Assembly (NCBI GenBank): GCA_964536515.1
Contig: CAZHXI010000001.1
Coordinates: 97,480 to 158,234, forward strand
Length of the DNA: 60,755 bases
Origin: an uncultured Gammaproteobacteria bacterium
GTDB lineage: Bacteria; Patescibacteriota; Patescibacteriia; CAYZDG01
Direction: 5' to 3'
The notes below the pieces were generated by a model. The model did not search any database. It was not told where the DNA came from and saw only the letters and a list, made by a program, of their open reading frames with translations. Of this stretch, positions 56,968-60,755 are shown piece by piece. The translations under genes were made by a program, and so were the position numbers. Numbering within the stretch: the first letter of the stretch is position 1; the number at the start of each line of letters is the position of its first letter.

Positions 56968-57393
56968 ATGCCTACATTCAACCAGCTCGTACGCAAGCCC
57001 CGCTACACCGGGATGCGCAAGGCTAAGACCCCGGCCCTCCGGGTTACCGCAAACACGCTCCGGCGCACTAAGACGACCCACGCCGAGGGCGCCCCGTTCA
57101 AGCGTGGCGTCTGCACCAAGGTAACCACCATGACCCCCAAGAAGCCGAACTCGGCGCTCCGCAAGATCGCCCGCGTCCGCCTGTCCAACGGCATGGAGGT
57201 AACGGCCTACATTCCCGGTATCGGCCACAACCTGCAGGAGCACTCGGTAGTCATGATTCGTGGCGGCCGCGTCAAGGACCTGCCCGGCGTGCGCTACCAC
57301 ATCGTCCGCGGCGTGTACGACACCCGTGGCGTGGAGACCCGCCGCCAGGGCCGCTCGCTGTACGGCCAGAAGCGCCCCAAGGCTAAGTCGTAA
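56968..57393 (+). CDS. rpsL: 30S ribosomal protein S12
   Basis: '[12 protein letters not shown]...[18 protein letters not shown]...[18 protein letters not shown]'. Confidence 0.97.
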   Translation: MPTFNQLVRKPRYTGMRKAKTPALRVTANTLRRTKTTHAEGAPFKRGVCTKVTTMTPKKPNSALRKIARVRLSNGMEVTAYIPGIGHNLQEHSVVMIRGGRVKDLPGVRYHIVRGVYDTRGVETRRQGRSLYGQKRPKAKS

Positions 57394-57398
57394 ATTTT

Positions 57399-57863
57399 AT
57401 GCGCGGCAAGAAAGCATCCCGGCGTGAAATCGCCCCCGACCCCCGCTTCAAGAGCGCGGAGATCGCCAAGTTCATCAACTACATCATGGAGCGCGGCAAG
57501 AAGACCGCCGCTCAGAAGATTGTGTACGGTGCGCTGGACCAGCTCTCCGCCGCCACCAAGTCGGACCCCATGGAGATCATGGAGCTGGCGATGAATAACA
57601 TCCGTCCGACGGTAGAGGTGCGCAGCCGTCGCGTGGGCGGCAGCAACTACCAGGTGCCCGTGGCCGTTTCGCCGGAGCGCAAGATCGCCCTGGCCTACCG
57701 CTGGCTAATCGCCGCCGCGCGCAAGCGCAAGGGCAAGCCCATGGCTATTAAGCTGGCCGACGAGCTGCTGGCCGCCAGCAAGGAGGAGGGCGAGGCGGTG
57801 CGCAAGCGCCAGGACGTGCAGCGCATGGCCGAGTCCAACAAGGCCTTCGCCCACTTCGCGTAG
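57399..57863 (+). CDS. rpsG: 30S ribosomal protein S7
   Basis: 'DPRFKSAEIAKFINYIMERGKK...VEVRSRRVGGSNYQVPV'. Confidence 0.96.
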   Translation: MRGKKASRREIAPDPRFKSAEIAKFINYIMERGKKTAAQKIVYGALDQLSAATKSDPMEIMELAMNNIRPTVEVRSRRVGGSNYQVPVAVSPERKIALAYRWLIAAARKRKGKPMAIKLADELLAASKEEGEAVRKRQDVQRMAESNKAFAHFA

Positions 57864-57871
57864 GATTGGGT

Positions 57872-58252
57872 ATGGAGGGCGACGCACCTGCAGCCGCGGT
57901 CGTCCGCACTCCGAAGGAGAGGTACCCGGTCGCCGTTTGGGCTGTAGGAATCCTGCAGCTCCTAGTGCTGCTGATTTGGGGGCTTCGGATGTTAACGGGA
58001 GGACTGGTTCGATTGGACTTAGTTCGTCTACTTACCGAGGGTTGGGGCTACCTAGTTGTTCTGTTCATCCTTAACCCACTTGTCTTCATTGGCGTAGTAG
58101 CTCTGTGCTACCGAAGGTTCCGGTGGAGCGTTTGGTCCGCGCTCGTCCTAGCGTCAGCGTTGAGCATTGTAGCTACGCTAGCCGGTTGGATAGCTTATAT
58201 CTTTTATACATTGTCTACGCGTTACCCATCTGGTATCTCAATTGTTTCGTAA
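57872..58252 (+). CDS. Small polytopic membrane protein inserted between rpsG and fusA
   Basis: ATG at 57872 (the track ORF starts at a TTG at 57866). It has 3-4 hydrophobic helices. It is visibly lower in GC than the flanking ribosomal genes. Confidence 0.45.
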   Translation: MEGDAPAAAVVRTPKERYPVAVWAVGILQLLVLLIWGLRMLTGGLVRLDLVRLLTEGWGYLVVLFILNPLVFIGVVALCYRRFRWSVWSALVLASALSIVATLAGWIAYIFYTLSTRYPSGISIVS

Positions 58253-58287
58253 CTCTGTGCATCTGAATTGATCTATCCCCCAATCGT

Positions 58288-60381
58288 ATGCCCCGTGAAT
58301 ACTCCCTCGAGAAGACCCGCAATATTGGTATCATCGCCCACATCGACGCGGGCAAGACCACCGTGTCCGAGCGCATCCTGTTCTACACCGGCAAGAAGCA
58401 TAAGATCGGCGAGGTGCACGAGGGCGCGGCGGAAATGGACTGGATGGAGCAGGAGAAGGAGCGCGGCATCACCATCACGTCCGCTGCTACCACCTGCTTC
58501 TGGAAGGACTGTCGCATCAACATCATCGATACTCCAGGCCACGTAGACTTCACCGCCGAGGTGGAGCGCTCGCTGCGCGTGCTCGATGGCGGCGTAACGG
58601 TGTTCGACGGCGTGGCCGGCGTAGAGCCGCAGTCCGAGACGGTGTGGCGCCAGGCCGACAAGTACAAGGTTCCCCGCATCTGCTTCATCAACAAGATGGA
58701 CCGGACGGGCGCCGACTTCTACGCGGATATGGATAGCATCCACGACCGGCTGACCCTGAACGCCAAGGCGGTGCAGCTGCCCATAGGCGCGGCCGACACC
58801 TTCCAGGGCGTCATCGACCTGTTCGAGCGCAAGGCCTACTTCTACCGTGACGACCTGGGCCAGAAGGTAGAAATCCTGGACGTGCCCGAGGATATGAAGG
58901 AGAAGGTGGAGAAGTACCGCCACGACCTGGTGGAGGCTATCGTCGAATCTGACGACAAGCTGATGGAGCAGTACCTGGGCGGCAACGAGCCGGCTGTTCC
59001 CGAGCTGAAGGCTGCCCTGCGCCGGGCCTGCATCGCCTACAAGATCATCCCGATTTTCTGCGGCTCGGCCCTAAAGAACAAGGGCGTGCAGCTGCTGCTG
59101 GACGGCGTCATCGAGTACCTGCCCAGCCCGCTGGACGTTCCGGCCGTGAAGGGCTTCAAGCCGGGCGAGGGCGAGGCCACCGAGGAGCGCCACGCCTCCG
59201 ACAGCGAGCCGTTCAGCGCCCTGGCCTTCAAGATCGCCACCGACCCGTTCGTGGGCAAGCTGGCGTTCTTCCGCGTCTACTCGGGCAGCGTCAAGGCTGG
59301 CAGCTACATTCTGAACTCGACCAAGGGCGAGAAGGAGCGCCTGGGCCGCATCGTACGTATGCACGCCAACCACCGCGAGGAGATTGAGGAGGTATTCGCG
59401 GGCGAGATCGCGGCTGCGGTCGGCTTCAAGGGCACGCGCACCGGCGACACGCTGTGCGACGAGTCCAAGCCGATCATCCTAGAGAACATTACCTTCCCCG
59501 AGCCCGTGATCCAGGTGGCTATTGAGCCCAAGACCAAGGCTGACCAGGAGAAGCTGGGCCTGGGCCTATCCAAGCTGGCCGAGGAGGACCCAACCTTCCA
59601 CGTGAACACCGACCCCGAGAGCGGCCAGACCATTATGGCCGGCATGGGCGAGCTGCACCTGGAGATCCTCGTAGATCGCCTGAAGCGCGAGTTCAACGTG
59701 GAGGCCAACGTGGGCGCCCCGCAGGTGAACTACAAGGAGAGCATCCGCGGCACGGCCGAGGCTGAGGGCAAGTACATCAAGCAGACCGGCGGACGCGGCC
59801 AGTACGGCCACTGCTGGCTCAAGGTGGAGCGCATGGAGACCGGCGGCTACGAGTTCGTGGACGCCATCAAGGGCGGCGTGGTGCCCAAGGAGTTCATCAA
59901 GCCCATCAACATGGGTGCCAAGGAGGCGCTGGAGCGCGGCATCCTGGCCGGCTACCCGGTACTGGACGTCCGCGTAACCCTGTTCGACGGCAGCTACCAC
60001 GACGTCGACTCGTCCGAAATCGCCTTCAAGATGGCCGGCAGCATGGCCGTGCAGGATGCCTGCCGCAAGGCTGGCCTGGCGCTGCAGGAGCCGATCATGA
60101 AGGTCGAGGTCATCACCCCCGAGAACTACCTGGGCGACGTCATCGGCGACCTCAACTCCAAGCGGGCTAGCATCGAGGAGATGACGGACCGTGGCCAGCT
60201 GAAGATTATTAAGGCGACGGTGCCCCTGGCCGAGATGTTCGGGTACTCCACGCGGCTGCGCAGCGTTACCCAGGGCCGGGGCAGCTACACCATGGAGTTC
60301 GGCCACTACGCCGAGGCTCCGAGGAACGTGGCCGAGGCCGTCATCGCGGGTACTGCGGGCAGCGAAAAGCGTAGGGTTTAG
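58288..60381 (+). CDS. fusA: Elongation factor G
   Basis: '[15 protein letters not shown]', 'DTPGHVDF' and 'NKMDR'. Full length at 697 aa. Confidence 0.97.
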   Translation: MPREYSLEKTRNIGIIAHIDAGKTTVSERILFYTGKKHKIGEVHEGAAEMDWMEQEKERGITITSAATTCFWKDCRINIIDTPGHVDFTAEVERSLRVLDGGVTVFDGVAGVEPQSETVWRQADKYKVPRICFINKMDRTGADFYADMDSIHDRLTLNAKAVQLPIGAADTFQGVIDLFERKAYFYRDDLGQKVEILDVPEDMKEKVEKYRHDLVEAIVESDDKLMEQYLGGNEPAVPELKAALRRACIAYKIIPIFCGSALKNKGVQLLLDGVIEYLPSPLDVPAVKGFKPGEGEATEERHASDSEPFSALAFKIATDPFVGKLAFFRVYSGSVKAGSYILNSTKGEKERLGRIVRMHANHREEIEEVFAGEIAAAVGFKGTRTGDTLCDESKPIILENITFPEPVIQVAIEPKTKADQEKLGLGLSKLAEEDPTFHVNTDPESGQTIMAGMGELHLEILVDRLKREFNVEANVGAPQVNYKESIRGTAEAEGKYIKQTGGRGQYGHCWLKVERMETGGYEFVDAIKGGVVPKEFIKPINMGAKEALERGILAGYPVLDVRVTLFDGSYHDVDSSEIAFKMAGSMAVQDACRKAGLALQEPIMKVEVITPENYLGDVIGDLNSKRASIEEMTDRGQLKIIKATVPLAEMFGYSTRLRSVTQGRGSYTMEFGHYAEAPRNVAEAVIAGTAGSEKRRV

Positions 60382-60421
60382 CGAGATTATTGCGATTCCC
60401 TAGGAATTTTGCTACCGTAGC

Positions 60422-60450
60422 TTGACGGAGTGCGGGCGAACCGCTAACGT
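60422..60450 (+). promoter_or_regulatory. Candidate internal promoter for tuf (TTGACG-17 bp-TAACGT)
   Basis: Read directly in the 143-nt fusA-tuf spacer. Confidence 0.3.
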
Positions 60451-60524
60451 ACTCCTTCTGACCCCCTATATTTTCCCCTAAATTCTTAACCCCGCCCCGT
60501 TCCGGGCTCTAAAGAAACCGATGT

Positions 60525-60755
60525 ATGGCAGAGAAGTTTGTACGCTCTAAGCCCCACGTCAATATTGGCACCATTGGCCACGTTGACCACGGCAAGACCA
60601 CCCTTACCGCCTCGATCCTGAAGGTGCTGGCTGCCCACGGCTTCTCGGCCCAGACCAAGGACGTCAGCCCGATAGACAACGCCCCCGAGGAGCGGGCGCG
60701 CGGCATTACCATCGCCACGGCCCACGTGGAGTACGCGACGGCCAACCGTCACCAC
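60525..60755 (+). CDS. tuf: Elongation factor Tu, 3'-partial (runs off the window)
   Basis: '[29 protein letters not shown]...[13 protein letters not shown]'. It is absent from the ORF track because no stop codon lies in the window. Confidence 0.95.
   Translation, partial: MAEKFVRSKPHVNIGTIGHVDHGKTTLTASILKVLAAHGFSAQTKDVSPIDNAPEERARGITIATAHVEYATANRHH

Overview
High-GC bacterial chromosome segment (GC judged by eye) with tightly packed, mostly plus-strand genes that often overlap. The backbone is housekeeping: ybeY, ftsA-ftsZ, ligA, gatC-gatA, a DsbA-like protein, lgt, tRNA-Asp, rplT-rpmI-infC, ssrA (tmRNA) plus smpB, recO, a ClpC-like AAA+ protein, glyQS, an M16 peptidase, rsmI, metG, cvpA, tatD, rmuC, comEC, ndk, tRNA-Pro, rpmB, and rpsL-rpsG-fusA-tuf. 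Three cell-envelope loci are interspersed. (i) 1-5258 encodes surface proteins with Ig/PKD and thrombospondin-type-3 repeats. (ii) 8348-15831 is a type IV pilus-like cluster: prepilin peptidase, three prepilin-type proteins and a 1342-aa PilX-like giant. (iii) 24069-34960 is a surface-protein locus: three secreted beta-rich proteins, two of which share a perfect 570-bp duplication, then two TM-anchored CscA/DUF916-like proteins, an Fn3 protein and a 1319-aa fibre-like protein. The gene content fits a reduced-genome, possibly Patescibacteria/CPR-like organism, but that is inference only. The most unusual signals are two unrelated families of inverted-repeat cassettes. Each family occurs both empty and with a small AT-rich gene nested in the loop: a four-helix-bundle '23S IVS protein' gene inside the pilin operon, and a GIY-YIG nuclease gene in a small accessory island. 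About 800 nt of ORF-free, highly structured sequence also surrounds tRNA-Pro. No rRNA genes or CRISPR arrays were seen. The many long antisense ORFs in the track are high-GC shadow ORFs.
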